Positions 41,501 to 51,433 of a stretch of DNA of 64,000 nt are shown here, in pieces. The position numbers and the translations under genes were made by a program. Position 1 is the stretch's first letter. The number at the start of each line of letters is the position of its first letter. The notes beneath the pieces were generated by a model. That model saw only the letters and a program-made list of their open reading frames with translations. It had not been told where the DNA came from and did not search any database. Origin of the DNA: Candidatus Magasanikiibacteriota bacterium (lineage in GTDB: Bacteria; Patescibacteriota; Patescibacteriia; Magasanikbacterales; GWA2-37-8); NCBI GenBank assembly GCA_963802255.1, contig CAWDHY010000001.1, positions 235,842 through 299,841 of the forward strand, read 5' to 3'.

Positions 41501-44361
41501 ACACGGTAACTCTCACCCAAGTGATTGCCGTAACGGGAGACTTATCGGTAACGAATGGCATGCTTGGTTTGGGAGTTTCAACCGCCCATACCGCCAACGC
41601 TTTGTATTTGGGTGGAACGCATCAAGCAAATGGCACATGGGGTTCGTCCGCTTCGGTAGCGACGCATCAAAATGACACCTATTTTTCCGGCTCGGGCTAC
41701 GTAACGATAGCGACCGGCTTGACTGATTCTGAAGAAGTGGCCAATGCCAAAGCGGCCCTCTTGGCGGCTTCACCGATGACCGCGACCGAAGGGGTAGATA
41801 CAGATGCTGTCACTATGGCTCAAGCTATTGTTGACGCCGCTGCATCCGGCGTGACTGTTTCCATGAACTCATCAGCTAATGGACATGTCGATGGCACTAC
41901 CGGAGCTATTACCTATGATGCTTCGGCGGAAACTGCTAACGTAACTTTTGATCTGGACAAAGGTGTGGCAAATGACAATCAGGTTGTATCTTTTATTGTT
42001 CCGGCACACATCCTGACTGATTCTGAAGAAGTGGCCAATGCCAAAGCGGCCCTCTTGGCGGCTTCACCGATGACCGCGACCGAAGGGGTAGATACAGATG
42101 CTGTCACTATGGCTCAAGCTATTGTTGACGCCGCTGCATCCGGCGTGACTGTTTCCATGAACTCATCAGCTAATGGACATGTCGATGGCACTACCGGAGC
42201 TATTACCTATGATGCTTCGGCGGAAACTGCTAACGTAACTTTTGATCTGGACAAAGGTGTGGCAAATGACAATCAGGTTGTATCTTTTATTGTTCCGGCA
42301 CACATCCTGACTGATTCTGAAGAAGTGGCCAATGCCAAAGCGGCCCTCTTGGCGGCTTCACCGATGACCGCGACCGAAGGGGTAGATACAGATGCTGTCA
42401 CTATGGCTCAAGCTATTGTTGACGCCGCTGCATCCGGCGTGACTGTTTCCATGAACTCATCAGCTAATGGACATGTCGATGGCACTACCGGAGCTATTAC
42501 CTATGATGCTTCGGCGGAAACTGCTAACGTAACTTTTGATCTGGACAAAGGTGTGGCAAATGACAATCAGGTTGTATCTTTTATTGTTCCGGCACACATC
42601 CTGACTGATTCTGAAGAAGTGGCCAATGCCAAAGCGGCCCTCTTGGCGGCTTCACCGATGACCGCGACCGAAGGGGTAGATACAGATGCTGTCACTATGG
42701 CTCAAGCTATTGTTGACGCCGCTGCATCCGGCGTGACTGTTTCCATGAACTCATCAGCTAATGGACATGTCGATGGCACTACCGGAGCTATTACCTATGA
42801 TGCTTCGGCGGAAACTGCTAACGTAACTTTTGATCTGGACAAAGGTGTGGCAAATGACAATCAGGTTGTATCTTTTATTGTTCCGGCACACATCCTGATA
42901 ACTCCGACATTGTCTATAACAAATTCGCCGGTCACCTACAATGGGTCCTCACAAGCTGCAACCGTGGTTGGTTCAGTGGCAGGTGTTGTAAGTGATAGAA
43001 AATATGATGGTTCATCCACAGTTCCAATCAATGTCGGCACTTATGCGGTAACAGCAGACTTTGTACCGGATGACACTATAAATTATAGCAGTCTAAATGA
43101 TGCCTCGGCTGGTAATTTAACAATCAATGCTAAATCCATCACTGTTACTGCAGTTGCTAAATCCAAAGTTGTTGGCGCTTCTGACCCAACTTTGACATAT
43201 ACTTCTTCTGACGGCTCCGCGACCTTCACAGGCTCTCTTGTTCGTGCAGCAGGTGAGGCAGTCGGAACCTATACCATTAGCCAAGGCACTTTAGCCGTGG
43301 TGGGTACAAATTTTACTATTTCATCTTTTATATCAGCCAACTTTACTATTACTGACAGTGGCGGTGGTTCTTTTTCCCTTCCTTCAGCGATTGGCGACGG
43401 CTCGGCTGATTTCAGCATTCCAATGGGGGCAACGGAGAATATTGGCAATGTGGGAGGCGGTGGAATCAATCTGTTGGGATATATCAATTCTCTTGCTAAC
43501 TTTACGGCACTTGTTAGCCATAATAGATTGTTAGAACAGCACGGCTTATCGATTATTGGTTTAGATCTGTTCAGCAACATCATAACTATTCGGATAGATT
43601 CAAATTCGCAGGAATTTTCCTTGAATTTGGGAGACACGGTGAAGGTGGATTTGGACGGTGATAATACGCAGGATGTTTCCGTCAAGTTTGAAGATGTCTT
43701 TATTAATCGCGCCGAATTAACAATAAAATCTTTGCTGGATTCGGGGCAAGACTGTCCGACGCTCTCCGCAGGCGACATGGTAAAAGTTATTGGTAAGCCG
43801 GCGATTTATGCACTTAACAACGCTTTGCAGGTACTGTATTTCCCTTCAGGCGATGAATTTAAATCCTGGCGTCCGACATACGGCGGATACATCTCTATTT
43901 CGCAATCATGTTTTGACACGTTGTCCGTTCCGAGTGCCTATCCTGGCGCTGTGAACTATCGTCCGGGTTCGTATATTGTTAAGCGTCCATCTCTTGATCA
44001 GTTATATGTCGTGGAGCCGGATAACACTTTAGCTACTATTTCACCTTCCGCTGCCGCTGGTCTGTATGGCGCCAATTACACGGTTATGACTGTGGCGGAT
44101 GTGTTCTGGCCACACTATATTAATCGCGGTACGGATATTTCCACTGCTACACCTCATCCGGGCATGTTGATCAAGGTTGATGGAGTCACCTACTATGTGG
44201 AAGCGGGCAATACACTGCGCGAAGTTACGTCAGCCGGCATGACCGCCAACGGCTTCCAGACGAAGTTTGTATATACGTTATCGAATAGCGTCGTAAATGG
44301 CTGGGCAAAAGGAAATAAGCTGGAAACCTCCGAACCTGTCCTAACCAATAAGACGCAATAG
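38572..44361 (+). CDS. Giant (1929 aa) secreted cell-surface adhesin-like protein with beta-helix-type G/T/A/N-rich repeats and four identical 98-aa tandem modules
   Basis: Signal peptide (IIGSMFVLSLFIGSAPASAASR). Degenerate GxxTLxGxxT-type repeats. 4 x 98 aa perfect repeats. C-terminal ~480-aa unique domain. Confidence 0.6.
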   Translation: MLSRHLARGLTIIGSMFVLSLFIGSAPASAASRYSVANGNWNSTATWSATSGGAPGASVPVAGDTVTIEGARTVTLTANAACASITFVASATGNTLNLGTFQLDVSGAITIPRSAAVPANLIAVGAGTLNAGSITFTSAGTSVRHQLTISTGTVTVTGNITGSAGNTSPTITFTGAGTLNVGGALFAPADGTLTTFTGSTVNYNAAGAQTVQIFNYSNLTLSGSGAKTGAVTTVNGNLTLGGTATYATGAALAVGGNVNVGDGTTLTVAGFNFTVTGATNIGGGASGNLTFSSTAGTKTFTGLVTINSGATWNDSVNEAINFRGGVTNGGTFTAGTGAYTFTNNAQAINGTISIPTVTVTTITLTNNGSLTVGTALTGTGGLTNSATGVLNIGGTSTITTLTATAVGNVIDYTGASQTVKSTTYDILSFSGSGTKTLGGVVTAGNITIGAGTTLDVSGSNYALNVNGDWVNNNVFTPRSGTVTFGKSGAQSIGGTTAPAFYNLTLTGSGTKTFSAAAAIGGDLAITGTADVDLGSYTSSANTLSLGAAGQLPGSWGGTASAATYQNSTYFGTTATGILNVVTMASLATDYFRSAGTGTWDAISTWESSSDGSTNWHAATLAPSNTANTITIQNSHVVTISAAATLSIDQVVVEAGGEIDLANSAGTLTIANGAGTDLDVYGTFKNLKTTAITLTGTAVFENGSIYDHAMAAGTIPSATWVDGSTVKITGVTGSAPTATLSSIGQNFYNLTWNSPGQSWNPTTGAASALTIRGTFTFEDSGTGSYVWPSADCTVANYVQTGGIDRLSYTAARTHTVGNFSVSGGTADFTQSTGAPVVNISGDVSITGSGALIISGGGGSATVNFAGTSLQTFSSGGTISGAIGWNINSGAIVDFGTSVLSGGASSNFSVASGGSIITANTAGLTASGAAGSIQVGGTRTYSTGANYEYNGSANQVTGDGLPATVNNLVIDNSGAGGDNTVTLTQVIAVTGDLSVTNGMLGLGVSTAHTANALYLGGTHQANGTWGSSASVATHQNDTYFSGSGYVTIATGLTDSEEVANAKAALLAASPMTATEGVDTDAVTMAQAIVDAAASGVTVSMNSSANGHVDGTTGAITYDASAETANVTFDLDKGVANDNQVVSFIVPAHILTDSEEVANAKAALLAASPMTATEGVDTDAVTMAQAIVDAAASGVTVSMNSSANGHVDGTTGAITYDASAETANVTFDLDKGVANDNQVVSFIVPAHILTDSEEVANAKAALLAASPMTATEGVDTDAVTMAQAIVDAAASGVTVSMNSSANGHVDGTTGAITYDASAETANVTFDLDKGVANDNQVVSFIVPAHILTDSEEVANAKAALLAASPMTATEGVDTDAVTMAQAIVDAAASGVTVSMNSSANGHVDGTTGAITYDASAETANVTFDLDKGVANDNQVVSFIVPAHILITPTLSITNSPVTYNGSSQAATVVGSVAGVVSDRKYDGSSTVPINVGTYAVTADFVPDDTINYSSLNDASAGNLTINAKSITVTAVAKSKVVGASDPTLTYTSSDGSATFTGSLVRAAGEAVGTYTISQGTLAVVGTNFTISSFISANFTITDSGGGSFSLPSAIGDGSADFSIPMGATENIGNVGGGGINLLGYINSLANFTALVSHNRLLEQHGLSIIGLDLFSNIITIRIDSNSQEFSLNLGDTVKVDLDGDNTQDVSVKFEDVFINRAELTIKSLLDSGQDCPTLSAGDMVKVIGKPAIYALNNALQVLYFPSGDEFKSWRPTYGGYISISQSCFDTLSVPSAYPGAVNYRPGSYIVKRPSLDQLYVVEPDNTLATISPSAAAGLYGANYTVMTVADVFWPHYINRGTDISTATPHPGMLIKVDGVTYYVEAGNTLREVTSAGMTANGFQTKFVYTLSNSVVNGWAKGNKLETSEPVLTNKTQ
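41720..42895 (+). repeat. Four perfect tandem copies of a 294-bp coding repeat
   Basis: Identical copies start at 41720, 42014, 42308 and 42602. Each encodes LTDSEEVANAKAALLAASPMTATEGVDTDAVTMAQAIVDAAASGVTVSMNSSANGHVDGTTGAITYDASAETANVTFDLDKGVANDNQVVSFIVPAHI. Confidence 0.9.
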
Positions 44362-44508
44362 CCGAAAAATTTCAGAATACGGAAAATATCAATCATATAT
44401 AACCAAAATATCAGCTCTGAGCTGATGTTTTGTTTTATGTTCAAATATTTGCCATTTTTGATACCGGTGGATATAATACTTAAGTAATTCATTGTTATCT
44501 ATTTATAT

Positions 44509-45570
44509 ATGTCAAAAGTGTTTGCTGGTCTCGTAGCCGTAGTCGTATTCGTCGGCGTAGTTTTTTTAGTCATCAGGTTTTCCTCTCCGGAAGATTCATG
44601 GTTATGCCAAAATGGTGCTTGGATTAAACATGGCAATCCCAGCGAGGCAATGCCGTTAACCGGTTGTGAATTGCAGTCGGCGGATCAAGAAAATAATGCC
44701 GGCATGGCAAATCCTGCTTCAGTAAATTGCGTGGATAAAGGCGGTAAAGTGGAAATAGAAAATGACGCGAGTGGCGGGCAATATGGAATGTGTGTTTTTC
44801 CGGATGGCAAACAGTGTGAAGAATGGGCAATGTTTAGAGGCGAATGCCCGGTTGGCGGAGAAATGCCGCGTGAAACTTCAGTTAAATTTCCGCTTATTTC
44901 AGAACCAATGATAAGTCCGTTAAGCATCAAAGGCACAATGCCTGGTTCATGGTATTTTGAGGCAACTGCGCATGCGGAGTTGTATGATGCGAATGGAAAA
45001 CAGATTGCCGCTGTGCCGGTGCAGGCTATCGGCGAATGGATGACTGAAGCGCCGGTTGAATTTGAAGCGGTTCTCAAATTTGAAAACCCGGAAACAGCTA
45101 CCGGTACCTTGGTTTTCAAAAACGATAATCCTTCCGGCTTGCCGGAGAATAGCAAATCTGACTCTTATCCTGTTTTTTTCGGGCAAACGGTTAAAGCATT
45201 TTTTAGCAATAGTGAAATGAATCCTGGAATGCTGGATTGCAAACCAGTTTATGGTGTTGATAGAACCATCAAGAAAACCACGGCTGTCGGCCGGGCGGCT
45301 TTGGAAGAACTGCTAAAAGGTCCGACCGAAGAGGAAAAGAGCGGTAAATATTTTACCAGTATCAATTCGGGCGTGTCGATAAACAGTCTGACCATCGAGA
45401 ATGGTATCGCCAAAGTCGATTTTGATAAGCAGATTGAATACCAGTTAGGCGGTTCTTGTCGTGTATCAGCGATAAGATCGCAAATTGAAGAAACTTTAAA
45501 GCAGTTTTCTACAGTTTCATCGGTGGTCATCTCAGTTGATGGCCGGATTGAAGACGCTCTTCAGCCATAG
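44509..45570 (+). CDS. Secreted protein with an N-terminal DUF333-like Cys-containing domain and a C-terminal GerMN-like domain
   Basis: Signal anchor (FAGLVAVVVFVGVVFLVI). NGAWIKHGNP...CVDKGGKVEIENDASGGQYGMCVFPDGKQCEEW resembles DUF333. The C-terminal ~100 aa (GIAKVDFDKQIEYQLGGSCRVSAIRSQIEETLKQFSTVSSVVISVDG) resembles GerMN. A TGgATATAAT promoter-like motif lies upstream (~44465). Confidence 0.45.
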   Translation: MSKVFAGLVAVVVFVGVVFLVIRFSSPEDSWLCQNGAWIKHGNPSEAMPLTGCELQSADQENNAGMANPASVNCVDKGGKVEIENDASGGQYGMCVFPDGKQCEEWAMFRGECPVGGEMPRETSVKFPLISEPMISPLSIKGTMPGSWYFEATAHAELYDANGKQIAAVPVQAIGEWMTEAPVEFEAVLKFENPETATGTLVFKNDNPSGLPENSKSDSYPVFFGQTVKAFFSNSEMNPGMLDCKPVYGVDRTIKKTTAVGRAALEELLKGPTEEEKSGKYFTSINSGVSINSLTIENGIAKVDFDKQIEYQLGGSCRVSAIRSQIEETLKQFSTVSSVVISVDGRIEDALQP

Positions 45571-45638
45571 ATATTGTTTTCAATAGGGCGGTTTTTTTAT
45601 GTCACAAATGACATTTTTTTACGTTATCTATCGTAGTT

Positions 45639-46211
45639 ATGCTTAATAATGGCGGAGATCCGCGTGATTTATTAATACGGGCAAAAGAAGGCGATTCCCA
45701 AGCATTTGCTTTGCTTTATGATGAGTATTACACGCCGGTTTTCCGTTATCTCTATGGCCGCCTTCGGGACAAAGATCAAGCAAATGATCTGGCTCAAACT
45801 GTTTTTTTGAAGGTATATGAAGCATTGGGCCGCGTTGAAGTGCGAGAAACACCATTGAAATATTTTTTCACTGTTGCGAGAAATTCTCTCATTGATTATT
45901 GGCGCAAGAAAAAAACACTACGCCTTGACGACAATGATGATGCCCGGCAAAACATACCGGACAAAAGCGGTGGCCAGATAGAAATATTGGAGAGTATGGA
46001 AATGTCAGTATTTGTGAAACGTGCCTTGGATAATCTAAATGATGATGATCAGGAAATTATAATCTTAAAATATTTTAACGGGTTTTCGGCAAGAGAAATT
46101 GGTGAACAGATTGGGATTAGCGAGGATGCTGTGCGTCAGCGACAGTGCCGCGCCTTAAAGCTGTTAAAAGAAATACTGGGTCCCTTGAAAGACGCCTCGC
46201 CATTAATATGA
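45639..46211 (+). CDS. ECF-family RNA polymerase sigma factor (sigma-70 regions 2 and 4)
   Basis: Region 2 (DLAQTVFLKVYE, ...SLIDYWRKK). Region 4 HTH (FSAREIGEQIGISEDAVRQRQCRALKLLKE). 190 aa. Confidence 0.75.
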   Translation: MLNNGGDPRDLLIRAKEGDSQAFALLYDEYYTPVFRYLYGRLRDKDQANDLAQTVFLKVYEALGRVEVRETPLKYFFTVARNSLIDYWRKKKTLRLDDNDDARQNIPDKSGGQIEILESMEMSVFVKRALDNLNDDDQEIIILKYFNGFSAREIGEQIGISEDAVRQRQCRALKLLKEILGPLKDASPLI

Positions 46212-46237
46212 TTTGTACGAAATATATTTAAATAAAT

Positions 46238-46747
46238 ATGGAGAATGAATTTGATAAAATTGAACAACTGCTTTTTTCCGAAGGAAAAAAGATTAAGCCG
46301 TCTGCCGAAGGGCTCCGGTCCGCTTTAGGGCGGATGACCGTGCCGGTCACAAATATTTCTGACAATCGTTTTAATAATATGGAGGCGAAAAAAGGTCGGG
46401 CCTTAACCAATAATTTATTTGAACATATCAATAATATTATGAATTCATTTTGGAAAGTTGCAGTGCCGGTCGGTCTCGTTGTGGTCATAGTTGCCGCAAT
46501 CGGCTACTGGCGCTTCTCAATCGTTCCTTCAAATCAATTGGCAAATCAGCAAAAGGCCGTACAGCAAATTATCAATGTTCCTGTGGAATTTGCGTCCGCC
46601 GAAGTTTCAGCGTCGGTTGATGAGATAATTAATAATATAATAGATGATGAGGCTATTATTACCGCGGACACGGAAGATGTGTTTTTAGGTGATTATGACG
46701 CCGAGGCTTTAATGGCATTTGACAGTGTAACTACTTTGTATGAATAA
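46238..46747 (+). CDS. Putative membrane-spanning anti-sigma factor
   Basis: 169 aa. Single central TM (VAVPVGLVVVIVAAIGYW). Lies immediately downstream of the ECF sigma gene. Inferred from context only. Confidence 0.35.
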   Translation: MENEFDKIEQLLFSEGKKIKPSAEGLRSALGRMTVPVTNISDNRFNNMEAKKGRALTNNLFEHINNIMNSFWKVAVPVGLVVVIVAAIGYWRFSIVPSNQLANQQKAVQQIINVPVEFASAEVSASVDEIINNIIDDEAIITADTEDVFLGDYDAEALMAFDSVTTLYE

Positions 46748-47549
46748 AAAATATTTATCTATCGCATTGACCGTTGCTGTGGCCGGAACAATGGTGGCAG
46801 CGCCTGTTTTCGCGGTTGTGCGCGCTCCCGGAAATGATGCGGCTCCAATGTTGCAACAAAAGATCGGAGAAACATTTTGCTCTCGTTTGGGCTCTGCTAA
46901 CGCCGCTAAGGAAACAAAAATGGCTGAATTGGAAAACAGATTATCTTTAAAAAGATCCGAACAGGCGGGTGAACTGGAGAAACGCCGGCTTGAAAGAGAA
47001 AATAAATTGGCTGAAAAGATATCCGAGTCGGACAGTAAGCGCCTGGCCGGATATGAAAAATTGCTTGAAAAGGCGACGACCGATGAGCAGAAAGCCGCTG
47101 TAGAACAGTTTAAATTAACCGTTGAAACAGCGGTATCTACAAGACGCGCGGCGATTGATCTGGCAGTTGATGAATTTCGTGCTGGTTTGGACAGTATTAT
47201 CGCTGAACGTAAAACAGCAAATGATGCTGCGCTTACCAGACTAAAGGCGGCAATAAAAACAGCCGAGGGTAAAGCGGAAGCCGATTGCGGAGCAGGTATT
47301 GATCCGGCTACAGTTAGAACTCAATTACGAAGTTCTATAGAAGCCGCGAGAAATGTGTTTAAGACAGAGCGCGAGTCAATGGTAAAAATAGGAGAACAGG
47401 TTAAAACTTTAAACACCGCAAGAAAAACCGCTTTTGACAAGGCAAAAGCTGATTTTAAAGCAACGGTTGAATCTGCCATCAATGAATTGAAAGCTGTATT
47501 CCCGGTGAAAGGACCGGCTAATTCCACAACGACTGCAACAGTTGAATAA
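46740..47549 (+). CDS. Secreted alpha-helical/coiled-coil protein (hypothetical)
   Basis: Signal peptide (LSIALTVAVAGTMVAAPVFA). K/E/A-rich helical repeats. 269 aa. Confidence 0.4.
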   Translation: MNKKYLSIALTVAVAGTMVAAPVFAVVRAPGNDAAPMLQQKIGETFCSRLGSANAAKETKMAELENRLSLKRSEQAGELEKRRLERENKLAEKISESDSKRLAGYEKLLEKATTDEQKAAVEQFKLTVETAVSTRRAAIDLAVDEFRAGLDSIIAERKTANDAALTRLKAAIKTAEGKAEADCGAGIDPATVRTQLRSSIEAARNVFKTERESMVKIGEQVKTLNTARKTAFDKAKADFKATVESAINELKAVFPVKGPANSTTTATVE

Positions 47550-47564
47550 TTGGCTGAAGAATAT

Positions 47565-47606
47565 AAAAATCCGTCCTTTTCAATAATGTTAGGGACGGAT
47601 TTTAAA
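47565..47606 (+). terminator. Terminator hairpin (aaaaatccgtcc ... ggacggatttt)
   Basis: 8-bp stem (atccgtcc/ggacggat) and a T-run. Lies 15 nt after the stop at 47549. Confidence 0.55.
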
Positions 47607-47703
47607 TTCTTTAGCTTATACTTGACAATTATCAATTTTTTATGCATTATACAATGTTGTTCATTAATAACTAAACAAGCAATGCCAATGGCAGAAAGAG
47701 GGG

Positions 47704-48525
47704 ATGATGGGTGCTTCAAAAGTCCATCGTGTTGACCCCTCTATTTTGAGGGAATTCAACTCACTGGTTGCTGAACTTCAGGATCAGTTGTTGAGCGCGG
47801 AACCGGCGAAAGCGATGCGGATATTAAAAAATTTGCGTTGCATTGCCGAGGGGCAGTATGTGGATCAGGAACACCGGATTACCCTGCCACCGCAAATACC
47901 GAATTTTAATTCGCCATATTTTGTCAGTCCCACCAATCAATTCGTTAATGTGCTTGAGTGGAACGAGCGCTTTAACTGGAAGATTCCTGAATTGGTATTT
48001 ACGGCGTTCCAAAATGATCCGCCAAAATGGCCGTCAAAGAAATTGTCGGCCGTTGTACTGACGGTCTATCTGGAGACAGCGCAAAGGACATACGAAGCGC
48101 TTTGGGAGGTGATAGCCCGCAATATGCGTGAGAATAGTATTCAAACATATAGAAATGAGAAGGGATTTCCCGAATTGTTGCCGGATATTTGCCATCCCGG
48201 TTTTTGTCTGCGCTGGGAAACGATTGATTTTTCTCCGCACCATATCGGCGCTAAACCGGTTGATGTGCGGAGTCCTGATAATTCGCCTCACGCCGGCATA
48301 ATGTCGGCAGCGGCACATTTTCCGAATTGGCTTCTGGCAATGGATGGAGATGAGGTTCCTTTTGCTTGGCTTCATGGATATATGGTCAATCTTGGCAATG
48401 ATGAACCCTGGCCGAACCGGGTTCCTCTCCTTGGCTGGGATAAAGACCGCGCGGAGCTATCGCTGGAACTTTATGCCGAGAGCCGCGGTAATCCGCGGGC
48501 CGCTTTTCCTTGGCGGGTGGATTGA
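47704..48525 (+). CDS. Hypothetical protein (273 aa), Trp/Pro-rich, no recognisable domain
   Basis: Long ORF whose codon usage looks somewhat GC-richer than neighbours. No motifs recognised. Confidence 0.35.
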   Translation: MMGASKVHRVDPSILREFNSLVAELQDQLLSAEPAKAMRILKNLRCIAEGQYVDQEHRITLPPQIPNFNSPYFVSPTNQFVNVLEWNERFNWKIPELVFTAFQNDPPKWPSKKLSAVVLTVYLETAQRTYEALWEVIARNMRENSIQTYRNEKGFPELLPDICHPGFCLRWETIDFSPHHIGAKPVDVRSPDNSPHAGIMSAAAHFPNWLLAMDGDEVPFAWLHGYMVNLGNDEPWPNRVPLLGWDKDRAELSLELYAESRGNPRAAFPWRVD

Positions 48526-48636
48526 TCTATGTTGTGCTCGTTTTTTCAAGCCGAGAGGGGACACTGTTCCTTCTCGGCTTTTTTGTTTCTTTTTTTATGG
48601 AAATGTACTATAATAATAACAATAACCATTATAAAT

Positions 48637-49080
48637 ATGCCGGCGGAAAGCACAAAAAAGTATTTTTTACCAGTAGAAATGACGGACGATTTAAACGGCG
48701 ACCTGCCCTTTTTTTCGTCTCTTCAAAACGTTTCTGAAATTGAAGACCATCACGAGGGACAACTCTCGGTTGATGTGGCTGAAACAAAAAATGAGTTAAT
48801 AATTATCGCCCCGATGGCAGGCGCGCCAAAAGGTAAGGTTGAATTGCATTTGCACAATGACTTACTCACCATCCGTGGCGACAGAAAATCACCGGTGCCT
48901 GATGGCGCTTACTATCATTTTAGCGAATGTTATTGGGGTAAGTTTTCGCGTAGTATTGTTTTACCTGTTGATGTTCACCTTGAATCAGCCAAAGCTGAAT
49001 ATCATTTTGGACTATTGACAGTTCGTTTGCCAAAAGTCAAAATTGATCAGTCAATTCCGATTACAATCGTTGAGGAGTAG
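48637..49080 (+). CDS. Hsp20/alpha-crystallin family small heat-shock protein
   Basis: ACD hallmarks: LSVDVAETKNELIIIAPMAGAPKGKVELHLHNDLLTIRGDR ... GKFSRSIVLPVDVHLESAKAEYHFGLLTVRLPK. Start taken at the internal ATG at 48637, because the ORF-track N-terminus is low-complexity. Confidence 0.75.
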   Translation: MPAESTKKYFLPVEMTDDLNGDLPFFSSLQNVSEIEDHHEGQLSVDVAETKNELIIIAPMAGAPKGKVELHLHNDLLTIRGDRKSPVPDGAYYHFSECYWGKFSRSIVLPVDVHLESAKAEYHFGLLTVRLPKVKIDQSIPITIVEE

Positions 49081-49085
49081 TTATA

Positions 49086-51097
49086 TGAAAGAAGAAGAAA
49101 TCAAGGAGCAGAATGCGGTAGTGGTTGCCGCTCCCGAAAAATCATGGCGACATATTATCTGGATAGCGATATCGTTTATCGCAGTATTTTTTTTGGTGTC
49201 TCTGATTTTTTGCGGTTCGGTATTCGGCTATACAAAAAAATACGCCGGAAAAGTTTATCCGGGTGTCTATCTGGGCGATTATCCTTTGGGCGGGATGGAT
49301 GAAGATTCGATAAGGCAGTTTATTGACGGGTTGAATAACAGATTAAATAAGGAGGGGGTAATATATATATATGATGACGCGGGTGAAAAAAAGCGGGTTC
49401 AAGTTGATACGACAATCCGCGAAAGTGACGCTATTATTGAATTAATATCGCTTGGCCACGACGGCATTGAGAAAGTTGCGTTTGATGCCGGACGAGGAAG
49501 TATCAGCGCCTGGCGAAAATATATTGACCCGGTACTTTTGAGAATAAAAAATTTACACATTTTTTTGCCGGTAAATGTTCAGAAAGATAAATTTATTGAA
49601 ATAATAAAAAGTGAGTTGTCTTCAGTTGAGAAAATACCGCAAAATGCCGGAATAAAAATTATCTCCCGCGATCCTTTAAAATACGAAATAATAGAGGAGC
49701 AAGCCGGAGAAATTTTTAATTATGATAAAATTGTTGATGACACTGTGGCGCGACTATCGGCTTTGAATTTGGACGAACAAGTTATTGAAAAAGAAATCGT
49801 TGTGCCAAAAACAGAAGCAAAATATCTGGATGGCCTGGAAGAAAAAATTGCCAGGGTTATTGGATATGGAGATATTATTCTCACTTATGTGGATCCAAAA
49901 ACGGCTGAAACCAAAACCGGAAAAATTACTTCCGACGAGATTTGTGCTTCTTTCGCCCCTCAAGTTGACGAAAGCGGTAATGTTTGGCTTGCTTTGGATG
50001 AAGAAAAAATTAGTAAATATCTGGAAAATTTTAAATATATATTGGACATACCGGCGGAAGAGTCAAAGTTTGTTATTGAGAACGGTAAAGTGAAAGAATT
50101 CAAAAGCGGGTCTGTCGGTCAGATGTTAAATATTGAGAAAACGCTTGCTTCAATTAACGGTCTGATGCAGGGCCGGAACAATGGGTCGGTTACGGCCACT
50201 GCCACTATTTCTTTAATTGTTGATCCAAGTGAGCCGAAAATTAAATTGGCTGATGTGAATAATTTGGGCATCACCTCAATTATCGGGACCGGATTTTCAA
50301 CTTTTTACGACAGCCATACAAACAGAATAAAAAATATCGCTCATGCTGTGGAAAGGCTGAATGGGACTATTATTGCTCCGGGGGAAGAATTTTCATCAAT
50401 TCGTTATGCCGGGCCGTTCACTTCTGAGAACGGGTATTTGCCGGAAGAGGTAATAAAAGGAAACCAGATAAAAAAAGAGATTGGCGGCGGGATGTGCCAG
50501 ATCGGCACTACACTTTTCCGCATGGCCATGAATTCCGGCATGCCAATAACAGAGCGTACTAATCATTCGTTGGTGGTCGGTTATTATGCTGATCCGGTAA
50601 ACGGTAACCCGGGCACTGACGCAACACTTTATGAACCGATACTCGATTTTAAATTTTTAAATGATACCGGCGGTTATCTTTTACTTGAAACGGAAATTAA
50701 TTACAAAAGCCAGCGTCTTACGTTTACTCTTTGGGGAAAACCGGATGGAAGGACCGGATCGTTTACTCATCCGCTTGTGAGCAAATGGATTCCGGCAGGA
50801 GAACCGCAAGAGACATATACGACCACTTTGGCTCCCGGAGAAAGAAAATGTCAGAATGCATTCCGGGGTGCGGTGGCTAGTTTTACTTATACTCGCTATA
50901 CTTCAACTACGGAAAAAATTGATCGGGTTTTTACAAGCTATTACCGGCCTCTGCCAAAAAGTTGTTTGGTCGGAGTTGACCCGGTGGCTTGTCCTGATTT
51001 AACAAATTGCGCTTCAACGGAGGGCAGTGGCACGGCATCAAGCTCGACGCCCGCCCCAGCCCCAGTTGCCTCAAGCACGGTTACCACCACCATATAA
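49086..51097 (+). CDS. VanW-family protein (membrane-anchored, extracytoplasmic)
   Basis: N-terminal TM (IIWIAISFIAVFFLVSLIF). VanW-type motif GGGMCQIGTTLFRMAMNSG. S/T-rich C-terminus. GGAG RBS before the ATG at 49086. Confidence 0.65.
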
Positions 51098-51108
51098 TTA
51101 GTAAATAC

Positions 51109-51143
51109 AAAACTCCTCCCCGAAAGGGGAGGAGGTTTTTTTT
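51109..51143. terminator. Rho-independent terminator (aaaactcctccccgaaaggggaggagg + T8)
   Basis: Perfect 10-bp stem and T-run. Bidirectional, with an A-run on the 5' side. Confidence 0.8.
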
Positions 51144-51433
51144 GCAGGGGGTAAAAATAATCCCCCTTTTGTTTCCGTATTCAAGAAGATGTGATAAGGG
51201 CGAAGGCGAGCCGTAGCCTGCACTTGCCGATACCACATCCCCATGCTTGTGTGAATACGGGAAAGTATCCGCCTCTCTCGGGGCAAAAAAGCCCGCGGGC
51301 ACTTTTCCGCATTTCAAGCTAGAATTTTTATGGAACTTATAAGTATAGCATATATTGGCGGTTTTGTCAAGAGGCACATCCCATAATAACAAAAAATCCG
51401 CTTATTTCAGCGGATTTTTCAACTATTTTATGC

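Noticed and set aside
41720-42895. Possible CRISPR array suggested by the identical direct repeats
   Set aside because: The repeat unit is 294 bp with no spacers and sits in frame inside a large CDS. It is a protein tandem repeat, not CRISPR. No cas genes are present in the window.
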